A stretch of DNA of 64,000 nucleotides from Phoronis australis (Eukaryota > Animalia > Phoronida), in NCBI GenBank assembly GCA_002633005.1, contig NMRA01000256.1, positions 344,120 to 408,119 on the forward strand, read 5' to 3'. Within the stretch, counting starts at the first letter, position 1. Each line of letters starts with the position of its first letter. Of the stretch, positions 50,063 to 62,319 are shown piece after piece. Below the pieces are notes generated by a model. That model had not been told where the DNA came from. It searched no databases and saw only the letters and a list, made by a program, of their open reading frames with translations. The position numbers and the translations under genes were made by a program.

Positions 50063-53000
50063 CTGAAAAAGACAAACCACATACAGACTTACATAAATAG
50101 AGAATCGTACACGAGTCTCAGGTTTATGACATGGGAAAAACCTCTTGGAAATTTTGCCAAAATCCCTCGGCAAGCCTCGAGATTTTACGCAATTGCCAAG
50201 AGGTTTTGCCCATATCATAAATCTGAGACGAGTGTAGGATTTGCTTTCTCACATGAACCGTAAAAACGATATTTTTTGCCAAAAAAACTCGACGTGTCTC
50301 AAACTTTCAGCCACATGACGCAACTTTTGTAAAGCACGCTTGCGCAATGTAAAGTAATTCAGTTACTTTTTGTTAATAGTTTTATTTTAAGCTTAACAAT
50401 TGTAAATTACATTCAGCTTTCGTAGCAAATATTCAAGTATGGATATGGAATTCGCCGCCGAAGATGGATCCGTTTAAGAAATTGTTTGCACGTCCTTCCT
50501 ACGTACAGTTGCGACACCCGATTTGTCAATCATAACCTTGTAACCTTCTCGGAAATTCCGGCATTGTTTGGTTGGCGCGCGTTTGGTTGTTTTAGTGTTT
50601 TGCAGACGATAAAATGTATGGCGTGTATGGATTTCTACTTTGCACTACTTTGTGATTCGCCCATGTAATATCAAAGAATTTACGCGCATGCAAGCGATCA
50701 TCTGAGTGCAGATGTCATTAGACACCGCAGTCACTCGTGGTTGTGCTAGCTCTTGAGCTAGCTTCGATTAGGCAGACGACCGATAGATTTCTCGACTTCC
50801 CTTAGGAGTTAATTTCAGCTCAACTTTCCGTTAGGTGGCATTACACGTTGCACAACCCTCCTTGTGATATCACTTCAAGGGGCAGCTCGACGTTCGCTAG
50901 GTGATGCTGATAAATAAAAGGTCGCTCTTGTTGACACCTGAATAGATTTAGGTAGACAAAGCAGCCCATCAGCGTGGAGTCGTTCGTGTGATAAGAGACT
51001 CACGTGGTTTACCTGGGGCCCGTTCCAAGAAATCTGACTTAGCTAAGACAAATTAGTTCGCTTCAAGGAAATTGAGTTTTGAATTTCGTGTAGTCATCAT
51101 CAACTAGGTACAGCAAATGAAGTTACATAGGATAATGTCATTGAACAGACAGTGCAAATGAAACGTTTGCACGCAAAAACTTACAAAAAAACATCTGCCT
51201 TTGGGCAATCTGTCGTGCGTTATTGTTATTTCGTAGACGACCGGAAGTATTCGCCTAGAGAAAAGGGAGCCCTAGGGAAAACACGCACAGTATACTTGAA
51301 ACCACACTGAGACTTCTTAACAAGAATTTCATGTTCAAGCAACACGTTCATTTTGTTTAGTAATTTCCACATGCCCTACATGGAAACCCTTATCATGATA
51401 TGACAATAGAATGCATTTCACTGTTAAGTTGTGGCCTAAACTATTTTCCTTTCCCCAATAAAACGTATTTTTCTCAACGGCATGCTTTGGTTGTATCATG
51501 TAAACTATTTTAACTTGCGAAAGTCATTCCCTTCAGAACTACTCGGATACTTTCACTCATCGGGTGAGGATTGTCGCAAGAGGGGTCAACATAAAATTTC
51601 CATTGAACTGTCCTTCACAATCGCCCTGAAAACGGCATGCGTGAGCCGTTTATTAATTTTAGTTATGTTCGGAGGAGGCGGGCATTCTGGGCCCTTCCTC
51701 GAACCCGTTTAATTTTTTTTCTGGCACTTATATATATGGTTAATACATATCAAAGTAGCAGTTTATCCATTACGTACATGTAAATTTGTAGCTCAGTGTT
51801 ATTTTCTTACGATTCACGTTTACCCGTTATAAAATGATCTCATCAAAATTGCTCATTCAAACTACAAAAGTGGTTGTCTTATGTTGTAAGAGATTCTTCG
51901 TGGCTATAAAACGCCATCCACGATTGTTACATTCCAAGCCCGTTCACGTTGGAAATAATGTATCGATTGTGAATTGATTACACGACAATAGATAATCCGC
52001 CTGCCTCACACCATTTACGCCCGTTCGTATTAGCAACGTTCTATTCTCACGCACATCGCTCTTCTTTCACGACTATCGTTTGTAATGCGATGCAATTCTG
52101 TTTCACTGAACACAGTACATTTCTGTCGTAACGAAACGCAGTAATGTTCTTTTTACTCTCTGACAGGAGGAGCAAAATTCACCAACAATGTGCCAGATCT
52201 GTCCCATGACTACAAATGTGGCTTATGAGAAAAGAAATAATGTTCATCAGAACATGGAAAAATACAGTTATGGGAAAGAGCACCCACTGTGCGACAACTA
52301 CGTTGTTTATTTACTTTGCTTTGGTGACTGAACTACTACTGCGGGGAATACCAGGTGCAAAATCTCGGGCCCAGTATTTACATTGGCACGATGTTTCGAT
52401 CGGTCATTTCAAAATATTTTGACGGTCCTTTTAAAGACCAAAAAATTGAGATATATTGACATATTTTCCCACATTTTTCACCTGACCCAAACACGTAAAA
52501 TGACTACGAAAGAGCTCCCCCACGATGGCTTTTTTCTTGGTGAGGGCTTGTCACGAGAACAATTAATGCTACCAATAAAGGTCATGTAGGACCCTAAAAA
52601 TGTGCAAATTTAGTCAGGCTGATCGGATTCACATGAAATCTACCTTGCTTTTTACACTGTTCTTTAACAAGCTATTAGGAATTAGTGTTAAAAAGTTCCA
52701 CTTTTGCATGAAGGGCAGTAAAAATAGAATTTTTATGATTTCGTGAAAAATTCAAGTCACGTAAAAACGAAATGATATCATCTTGCACATTTATATCAAA
52801 CAAAATTGATCTTTTTATAGATTCCATTGTTTTGCTGTGAATGCACCTTTCTTTTTCTAATTTTACTAAAACACATGGTCACGTGACCCAATTAATGGCA
52901 GATTGACAAAAAGTCGATAAGGTCTAACATAACCTCAAATGGAATGTGAGATCATCTTATTCTGAAAATTGACCGACTTCTCAAATAGTAATGTCGTTTT

Positions 53001-56000
53001 ACATTCTTTTCATTTGGCACGATCATAAATTATGCAGTAACGGCAATGGGAGATGGGTGTATTGTTCTATCATGGCACAAGACATATTTTGTGTGTGAGT
53101 AATCTTCCTTGGAATTGTACAAAGAAAAGTCCTTTGATTCTGCAGACATTGTTTTGAAGGACCCTTGAGCTCGGACTTTGTGGATAATCAATTAATGCTC
53201 AAGTTTTACCTGTAGGACTGCAGTGTTTAAAGAGGCAAACAACCTACCCTAGTCTTATTGTTTAAGACCAAGCCCATTCGAGCGTTGGTACAATGGATTT
53301 TTACACTTTTTGAGGTTTTAAACCCTGTATAATAATTTTATAACATCAAATGTAACTAAACAAGCACTTATTTTGGGAATTAATTAAGGAATTATGAATT
53401 TATTAATGATTGTTTGGTTTCCCGCCACGTAATGTCATCAGTGGAAGACATTGTTCATTTGACAGTAGGTAGATTAGTTACGAAGACTTAGAGAACGAGT
53501 TTGATGAGTACTGTGAAGACAGGCATGGAGATGAGGTGAAGACGACACTCAGACCACGGGTGAAAGAGGTAATGAGTTAGATCTCGCCATATCGGCAGAT
53601 TTACTGTATGAGTACGTGTTTGACGCGGTACGTACTTGACCCTCCCGCACTAGCGTCTTCGGCGAGTGAAACCGAGTCGGAGCCTACTCAGTATGCTGAC
53701 AGTTCTGATTTCAGAGTTTACATTTTTGACAGGAAGCGCTCGATTTGTCGATCTTCAGGTCGCGGCACAACAAAGTGACCATGCAAGGTCTCTGGAGTCA
53801 ATCGGAAGCCTTGGAACACAGGTGCTAGAACTCAAGGCAGTCTTCTTAGCTATTCAGTGCTTTGCCAGAGACAGAACAAACTGTCGTGTGCACCTGAGAG
53901 TCGACAACACGACGTCAATGGCGCAAATAAACAAAATAGGAGGTTCGCTATCCCGTACTGTGCCTCAAGTGACACGAGATCTATGGAGCTACTGTCTTTC
54001 ACCCAGGATCATAATTACTGCCCACCACCTGTCGGGCGTGCAGAACGTCGTAGCGGACAACCACTCCAGAAGGCAAATACTTCAAAGGATCAAGGATGAG
54101 ATTCTCAGTTAATGATTTTACAACGGAGTGGCAACCTTTGCAAAAGGGGATCAAGACAGGTTGTACAATTTCCCTAATTTTGTTTGTGATGGCCATGAAT
54201 GTTATGTTACAGCAAGCATCCAAAGAGTGGAGGGGACCGTTATTACAGAACAAGCGTCTACCAATTTGTTGTGCATATTTGGATGATCTCACAGTTACAA
54301 CTCAGTCTGCATTAGGGGCAGGCCGGATTCTAAAAGCCTTGAATGATCTAGTCAGGTGGGCTCGCAGGGCGTTTAAGGTAGCAAAATCCAGGAATTTAGT
54401 GCTGTTTCGAGGGAAGATTAACCCACATTTCACTTTTATGGTGGATGAAGACGTGATACTTTCTGTGTCTGAGTATTCAGTGAAGTATCTGGAGAAAGCT
54501 TATAACTGCACATTGAAGGTTGGAGGTCATGTAAAAGCAGAACTGGAAAGTTTACAGGGAAATCGTCGGAAGATAGACAAGTGTGGAATACCTGGTCGCT
54601 TTAAGGTGTAGTGTTACCAGTTTGGTCTATTCCCAAAGGTCATGTGGCCATTGACAGTGTACGATTTTCCTATTACAGCAACGGAGAGAATGGAGCGCTT
54701 CGTCAGCCCCTGGCTGCGTAAGTGGTTAGGCATCCCCCCAGGTTTCACCAGGTTGGGCCTGTACATTATGTCTTCAGCATTAAACCTACTAACACGATAT
54801 GTTGTGGAAGAGTTTAAAGTCATTAAGTGCAGGACTTTCCTGTCTTGGCGGAACTCGAAAGATGAAGATATCAGCGGTGTAAAGGTTGACGTTTCTGCAA
54901 GAAGAATGTGGAGTCCAGAGGTGGAAGTAGCATCAGCAGAGAGCAGGATTCGTCATACAAATTTGGTAGGGGCAGTTTCCCGAGGACATGAAGGCCTTGG
55001 TAATGGACTGTTTAAGAGGTGGGAGACAACTAGAGGGAAAGATCGTCGTTCAATGGTGTTAGACGAAATGCGTCACCAGGAAGAGGAGAAGATCTCTTCT
55101 CAAAAGCAAGGCGCCTAGACGGCGTAGGGAGGAGTTCACAGTAGGCGCATTACAGCGAGCGACCTATTTTCGTGTGATCAGTACAGATTAAGTTTTCTTC
55201 TACGTTCTGTGTATTATGTACTCCCTAATACCTAGTTGTGGGGGAAGATTGAAGACGATTCTTGCGGCAGTTGTGGGGAGCGCTGCACTTTACAGCACGT
55301 TTTGTCATCTTGTAAGTCGGCTTTGGCGGAAGGCAAATACAAGTGGAGACATGATAACATACTCAAGGCTCTTGCTCTTATTTTGGACCTAGAAAGAAGG
55401 AAGGCGGTTAGCAACACTGAAAGCGCGCTAATATCATTGTGCAAAGAAGGTGCATCCGGGAAAAGGAAAGATGCAGGTGTATTGGCTACAGCAAGTGACT
55501 GGAAGACGATTGTGGATATAGGACCATTGGCGATATTCCCAAGCCATATAGTGATGACGACACTCCGGCCTGACTTGGTGTTATGGTCAGATGGTACGAA
55601 GACGGTCATCATTGTAGAACTTACAATATCATGGGAATACCGAATGCTAGAATCAAATGAGAGGAAAAGGCTAAAGTATGCGGAACTTTCTCATGATTGT
55701 TCGGTAGCTGGTTGGAAGTGTTTTTGTATGCCAGTTGAAGTAGGATGTAGAGGTTTCATCGAGAGCAGCATGTGGAAGTTGATGAAGTTCCTAGGTATCA
55801 GCACAGTGTCAAGGAAGAATTCGGTGCAGGCAGTGATGGGATCAGCTGAAAATGCGTGGCCGTGGCTATGATTACAGCGAGACAACAGGTGGTACTCCAA
55901 GTGACGACCGAAGCCTGATCAACTTCGAGCACCCGGCATCCGAGATGATTCTAGATTAGGGGTCGAAATTGCCGATGACGATGCATTCTAGATGACGACT

Positions 56001-59000
56001 GCACTTGGAGAAGCAGCACACTACAACTGTGTTCCAGATATATTTTATTGTGCCAGCAATGGTACAACACAAAACACTTTTTCTCTATCAACTACACTTA
56101 CACGTTGGAGAAACCTTCATCAAATTTCCGTTTGTGCGACGGATCAAGGTACGATTCTTAAAAATGGACTGAGCACATCTTGGTCCCTAAACCGATTGCT
56201 TGCTCCACCATGCACGGCCATACCCGCGTCCAACGCAGAAACCTGTGTTATTTCTGGGCCACCTTAGGGTCTTTTAGAAACGCAAAAACTGAATATGGTC
56301 TGTCCAATTGCTATTACTGCATCCTCCGAACACCCAACTTATCATAGGACCCAGTCGTCTCAAGCAGTATTCAACTCTTTTCGAGATCACCCCGGCTCGT
56401 GGCTAGTGTAGAGCAACACAGAGGCTTAGACTGGACTTCCACTGAAGATGTCACACATTTCTTATATTTTTTAATTTGTGCACTTATTACTTGATAACCT
56501 GCACACAAATTGAAGAAGGGATTACAAAAAAGATCATACCAAATTTCAAGCTTTTTGACCACGGTGTCAAGGCGGTTTAGTGTTGGTTGCCAAACAGTGT
56601 GATCTATTTATTGTTAACAAATTCACTCAAGAAAAGAAAACACGCCAAATACGCCTGCGAACAAAGTTTATGTTTTCAACACCAGGGGCGTAGTTATAGT
56701 GACTGTAAATTGTGATCGACTAGGGAAAGTGGTTACAACTACATTTCGCCCTGTTTAGATGTCGATGCGGAATTCGTAACTGTCGCGGATTATCATGAGG
56801 CCTATTTTATGAGAAGAAAAGACTTAATTCGGTTTTCGTATTTAAGCAAGCTCAACAGCCTTTGTGGAAGTTCTGACACGGACCAACCTCATTTGGGAGC
56901 TCTTATTCTGATGTTAAGACGACGCAACATTAATAATATTGGTATTATTAAATGAATACCATCGACATTTCATGGTATTTCCATGAAATCAAATCACCTA
57001 TCGATCATGAAATATCACCCGTCTTGTCTATTTGCGTGAAGATAATATAATATTCTTTGCTAATAGTATATTCCGGTCAATGACTTTATTTTCTATAAAG
57101 CGTCACCAAAAGAGATTTCAGTTTACTGAATCTAGATGACCGTTGGGTAAACGTGCTCTAGTTTTCCATAGTCACGTAAGTGTACGAACACCGTTTTGGT
57201 TGACTGAACAACAGGGCTTGCAAAAATTCCATGATGTTGATTTTTCTCTGTGTTTATTTTTTATCTCTGTTTTGCGTAACTAAAAGGTCTGAGCTTCCTT
57301 CTACGTCACTGAGCCAAGGAATGTTTTGGTATGCATGTTCTTTGTGAGAACTGAATCCACTGATTATCTATAAATCACCACACAAAATGAGCATCCAATG
57401 TCTAATCTTTGTACACGAAATCGGACTCGAAATTCGTTTTCACATACTCCGCTCTGCTTTTGTACGAACTCAAAATAAGTGTTTACTTTTCCGTATGATG
57501 TGCTCGAGTCTTGTCGTGTGTCAAACGCTAAAATTATATACACAACATTGACATTACTTTCACTTCATGTCTTCCTTATTTCTCAATGATCTTTCATATT
57601 TTGGATTTGCCATTCCCTTCGGAAGATCCGTCCTTCTTACCGGTAGCCCAAGCTTCACAATGGACGGCAAAACCTCTCCTACGTTCCATCGACGCCAAGA
57701 AATTCGTGAAAACGCAAGATGTCGCAATGCATTACAAGGGAAGCATGTAATCAGATTAGCTTCGGGAAATCCTTGTGTTGCTATCGGGAGCATGAATACG
57801 CCTAACCTGATTACAACCGAAAGACATTACCAAGAGCGAAATTCGATGTGACCGAAATCACGAACTTTTTGCCCGGTTCTATAATTTCGCTTGCTTAACG
57901 AGTTGCCTACCATTGTCAACAACACTGCTGTACGTATCTATAACTATGTGCTGTGAAAGTTCGCCGTAAGTGATTTTTAATTACGTCCTAGATGACCGCT
58001 AGATATCTTTAATCCAATTTACGGCAATCTGATAATTTCTAAGAGCTCCTAAATATCAACTAATTTAAGACAGACGTTAACGATTTCTGGGGCTAAATGC
58101 TCGTGAAACTTCGTTGAGAAACACTTGTCTGGTCAGCTAACCATTTCAAGATTTGTGGTTATTATTTTTGTTTAGTGATTGACGTCTACAAATAAGATTT
58201 TGTAGATTAAAGAAAAGCACAAAATGGAAATAATGTCTGTATTATCATTTTAAACAGGTTAAGATTTACACTTCCTTTGACGTGTGCGAAAAAATACCTT
58301 ATTTAATAACCGTGACACAACCAGGAGTGGCACTCGAACCGCTGCTGCAGGCTACGGAACACCGAGGTGGAATCCTTACAACTGTTCACCGTAAGATCTC
58401 TTACAAAGCACCAGGCACTCTTTATCACGTGCTATTTTCAGTACGCTTTTGGGAGTATTTCTTGTGGTGCGTAAACAAAATTTTGTGGAGAGTGGTTGCG
58501 ATTCCGCTAAATGGTGACGATTCTGCATTCCGTGGTAAGTGTTCGATTATCACCTCCTGACAGATGGTGAACGAAGGCATGTAACCGAGTAACATTAAAC
58601 CACAGGAAGTAGAACAGTGTTCAGCAATAAACCAACTCACCGTGTTGAGCTGACAATTTTATACAGCTTGTCCCTGGGAAAAGACCTGCTCTTCCCTTTC
58701 GTCCTGCCATACAATCGGACTCGTAAATCTTGCTTGTCGCGTTGAACGTATCCTCACACTCTGGATTACTTCCGCTGTTTGACGAACACCTAAAACACCC
58801 AATGGCTTCCACTGGAAAGAGCAATAACAGTGACGTTCATGACTTTGTCAATAACCAAGGTGTTTCCATGTTTCACAAGATGCACTGTCGCTTATCCGTT
58901 TTATTAAATCCCAAATGATGAAAAAATAAGAGCCGCTAAACCCACAGTCGGTAAAAAATATTAATTTTTAATATAGACCACTTACCGTAATGAAACTGGT

Positions 59001-60483
59001 CTCAGTTTGCTACCTTCTTACACCAGAGGTTATTTATCGACTGAGGGCATCTGACAACTTGCTCCAACGGAAGACCACATTCGCTACATTTACTGAAGAA
59101 CATTTCGTGTCCAAATTTGGGACACCAAGTGCTCCTAAGCCGAAAGTTATCTTTTAGACACAAGACGGGTTTTAACAGCTTACGTAAACTCACGTGCTGT
59201 AACCACTTACAGAGCTCCAGAATATCGAAAATCCCTACATTGCCCCATTTGGTTAGCTCTGATTAATTAAAACAGACATTTTTGTTTAAAAGTCAAACTG
59301 TCCAACTTTCACCCAGTCCCAAAATGCATATTGCAACACTTTACTCAAAACCAGAGACCAAGCACTAGGAGAATGACTTGATCAGAGTATATAATGTGTA
59401 TCGGAGCATGTCAGGCTAATTGCAAAAGAAACATAATGACTGATCGGCCTCTTGCAGGGTTCTCCGCTCACCCCAGCGGTCGTTGCTACCAAGTTTCATG
59501 ATGCAAAGCACAAGCGCTATCGTTTACTTCATAGGGCATTGCAACTGCAAAAAGTAAGTTTCTGATTTACAAAAGTAAGGAGGTAATGCATTTTACCAAG
59601 GTTCTACTGACAGATAATGTCTCTGAAGGTCACCAGCTACCTTCAATTTTCTGGAACTTTTTACCGCCAAAACGGCTGTAGGATTTGAGTTGCGTTAAAA
59701 TGTTCTCATGCTGGACTATCGACTACCCATCAATAATGCATAAGTACAGCAATTAGCCAGTTCACAAATGACCACGGTCATCAAGTTAATTACTTTGAGG
59801 TCAACACTTCTCTTTACATTAGCAATGCTACGTTTTGCACGGTTTCGAAACTTACTACGATTTCTTTGGTCAGACAAATTCAATCTACACGCACTTCACA
59901 CATGAAGAATCGATTAAAATTTCCGCCAGTAATTCTCACGTATGTATCAAATATTTTGTAATTTATATTAAATAAGCTGGCATTAAAGGGAATATTGTTG
60001 AATAAGGTAGACTTCGTGAAGTTATTAACTTTGACTAGCGCTATAAAACATCAAAAGCCGTTGTGTTTTAGTGATTTTATCACAAACTGACAGTGCTCAC
60101 CGATGTCTATCAGGTATTCGCTAAAATCAAAGCCGGTGTCTTTACCATTTATACGCTTTTATTCTGATATTCAACACCGGGGATTTGGCTCAGTGATAGA
60201 GTGTTCGACAGAAACTGTAGAGTTAGTGGAGTCTATTACACAGTACTGCCAATTTCTGCAAAATTACGACTACTAGGTTGTGTCTTACACACGTATTTCA
60301 TTCACAAGCATTGTTTCTGTTCCAATTTGCATTTTTGAGAAAAAAGTCAGAATTTAAAATGGCAGGTTTTTTTTGCAAAGCGCAATCTCAATCTACTTCT
60401 GAAGTAAACTCACCTCCCTTAGCGATCACAGACACCAGCAAGATACAGAGGCACGGTAAACTATCGGCCGACACCTTCATCAT
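49812..60483 (-). CDS. Quiver/sleepless-like Ly6/uPAR three-finger protein (U-scoloptoxin(05)-like), secreted, probably GPI-anchored, 163 aa; exons 60483-60414, 58811-58641, 50062-49812
   Basis: Signal peptide MMKVSADSLPCLCILLVSVIAKGVEA, then 10-Cys LU domain IGCFRC...CEDTF...DCMAGRKGRAGLFPGTSCIK...RDC...HCG...GCVLTCYQDGCN, then hydrophobic tail; both introns GTGAGT..CAG and phase 1. Confidence 0.9.
50104..50242. repeat. Long imperfect palindrome, probable transposon end
   Basis: GTCTCAGGTTTATGACATGGGAAAAACCTCTTGG / CCAAGAGGTTTTGCCCATATCATAAATCTGAGAC around a CCTCGGCAAGCCTCGA centre. Confidence 0.85.
53800..54070 (+). mobile_element. DIRS1-type retrotransposon RNase H fragment
   Basis: VLELKAVFLAIQCF...LRVDNTTSMAQINKIGG...LWSYCL...AHHLSGVQNVVADNHSR, the DIRS1 RNase H motif pattern; an acidic gag-like remnant may extend upstream to about 53470. 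Confidence 0.85.
54073..56020 (+). mobile_element. 5'-truncated R2-group non-LTR retrotransposon (HERO-like): RT, zinc knuckle, restriction-like endonuclease; inactivated by stops
   Basis: GIKTGCTISLILF, AYLDDL, RKWLGIPP, CGSC...LQHVLSSC, YKWRHDNIL, LRPDLVLWS, IVELTISWE, KRLKYAEL, PVEVGCRGF all in one frame ending TGA 55902-55904; five internal stops; 3' end approximate. Confidence 0.92.
56140..56345 (-). pseudogene. Degenerate THAP domain (transposon relic)
   Basis: MISWVFGGCSNSN...[frameshift]FAFLKDPKVAQK*HRFLRWTR...KMCSVHF. Confidence 0.55.
58641..58811 (-). CDS. Ly6/quiver-like gene, coding exon 2
   Basis: EAIGCFRCSSNSGSNPECEDTF...SCIKLSAQH; TTTCCAG/GTGAGT. Confidence 0.92.
60177..60235 (+). 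mobile_element. Degenerate tRNA-derived SINE head
   Basis: GGGGATTTGGCTCAGTGATAGAGTGTTCGAC resembles the 5' half of a tRNA; B box decayed. Confidence 0.35.
60414..60483 (-). CDS. Ly6/quiver-like gene, signal-peptide exon
   Basis: MMKVSADSLPCLCILLVSVIAKG; GTGAGT donor at 60413; upstream acceptor TTACAG so the exon starts at 60493. Confidence 0.85.
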
Positions 60484-61689
60484 TAACCTCTACCTGTAAC
60501 ACGACAAGACACCAACATGTAGCCGGACGCGTCCACCTGCTAACTAACTCCAAGCACTGATGTGTAACGGTTACTTACATACTGGTAGCATAAGGCACAC
60601 GTTTATTATTCTAAATGAAAATCGATTTTTGATGAAAATATGTCACCAGTAAGATCTCAATCGTCTAGGCTACGATGGATTAGGTGCCACTTTTTAATAA
60701 CTCGTTTCTGAAGCACCATCTGCGAAAGTTTTAATGCTTCCATTTAATTTATCATGGTGCGTTCTTTCTTTGAGGTTTCCATCAGCAGGAAGTTCAAATT
60801 GTTTAATAGTGATCACCATGGCAGCCATACATGATTACGTGATTATACACGAAGACAAGACTTTATGTGTTAATTTACACTCCATTGCAGTTAGTCGACT
60901 GTTCTTACGACCTACAGTCACTTAAATTAATAGGGATGTTGTTCACATACATGTCCACAGTTTCGAGTTTAGTCAAAAGTGTGAAATATTGTCGTTCTCT
61001 GATTTGGTAATTGTCTTTTTTCCAACGCTTCTGTAGCATTCAAATTAAGCTGATGTCACGACAAAGCACGCGCCATCATTGACAGTTGAAAGATATTTAT
61101 GTTGAATTGTTGCTTTTTCATTAACAATAGCAATCAATCGTTTTTTCTTTACAAAATCGTAATTAACGTCAAAACTATTATTTAGTCTTGGGATGACGAA
61201 CTATTGTTCAGTACTTTCCTGTAACGAGTCACGTACCCGTGCTTCAGTGACGCATTCAAACCGTCAAAACTGCCAATTTTTACAGTTTCATGCAACAGAA
61301 GAAGAGAAAACACGATTTACAAGAACGCTGTGACAAACAGTTAAGTCTTTTTTATTAAAAAAGTAAGCGTTAGCCAAAGTGTCTCTCGTCCGCCAAGACC
61401 TGCAGCTACCGAATTGTTATAAAGGCCAGGTGAATGCAGATGAATCAGTGAACCGACACTCAAACTTTCATAAAAACTTGAGATTGTTTAGCAAAATCGT
61501 CAGCTGGTGCACAGACTAATTTTTATTTATATCCGAGACCACATAGGCCCAACTACACTTTCTAACAAAATTCTAATAATACAGCGACATAGTTGGACAC
61601 ATTGCTTTATACACTGAGGATCTCTTAGAAATCTTTTTTATCAGTTTATCATATACAAACGAAGGAGAGAGTATTATTATTTGACACAT

Positions 61690-61720
61690 TCACACACAAA
61701 CACGCACAGGCGCGCACACG

Positions 61721-61751
<31 letters not shown>

Positions 61752-61810
61752 GCACACACACATGCACACACGCGCACGCGGACGGGTGTACAACTAGAGC
61801 ACACAAACAC
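61690..61810 (+). repeat. (CA)n/(CG) microsatellite
   Basis: Directly visible. Confidence 0.9.
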
Positions 61811-62250
61811 ATTTCGAGACCAGATACTATATATAACATTAGCCATAATAATCAAAGAATTAGAAGAGAGAAATAGGTTACTGACCAAGGAAATGAGTAA
61901 GTTAATTATATCCGATTCATGCAGTTAACAAAAGAAATGTTAACAGCCGTCGACGAGAGGATAGTAATCGGATATAACATTAAGTGATGGTGCAACAGAA
62001 AGTCCCAAAACACCATATGCCTGTGGGACAAGGATAGATGAAGAGATTTTGTAAAGTATTCAATGTGATTCATTTTACAGCCTCCTTGTGAACATTTTTG
62101 TACATTTAAGTTCTCTTTATTCTGTCTATTCTGCCTAAAAACATTAGTTCAAGACGTTCAATTGATTGTCTCGATGGTGCAAAACAAGGAGCAAATGAAC
62201 CATCTTAGGTAACAAGAAAAACCTAATTACAGGAATTCTGCCATGCAAAA

Positions 62251-62319
62251 CATGGGCGGCGCAGCACTGGAAAAAGTGGGGGCTATGGCCCCCCAGCCCC
62301 CTATGGTACGCCGCCCATG
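62251..62319. mobile_element. 69-bp mini-MITE/hairpin
   Basis: CATGGGCGGCG / CGCCGCCCATG terminal inverted repeat with inner TGGGGGC / GCCCCCCA; no TSD seen. Confidence 0.55.

Noticed and set aside
54609-55871. Alternative genetic code (TAG/TGA read as Trp) in the HERO element
   Set aside because: Many TGG codons remain, both TAG and TGA occur, and the neighbouring host genes translate with the standard code; mutation explains it better.
60579-60610. Alternative signal-peptide exon (IINVCLMLPV) for the Ly6-like gene
   Set aside because: Exon 60414-60483 already supplies ATG, hydrophobic core and correct phase; this one needs an unidentified partner exon.
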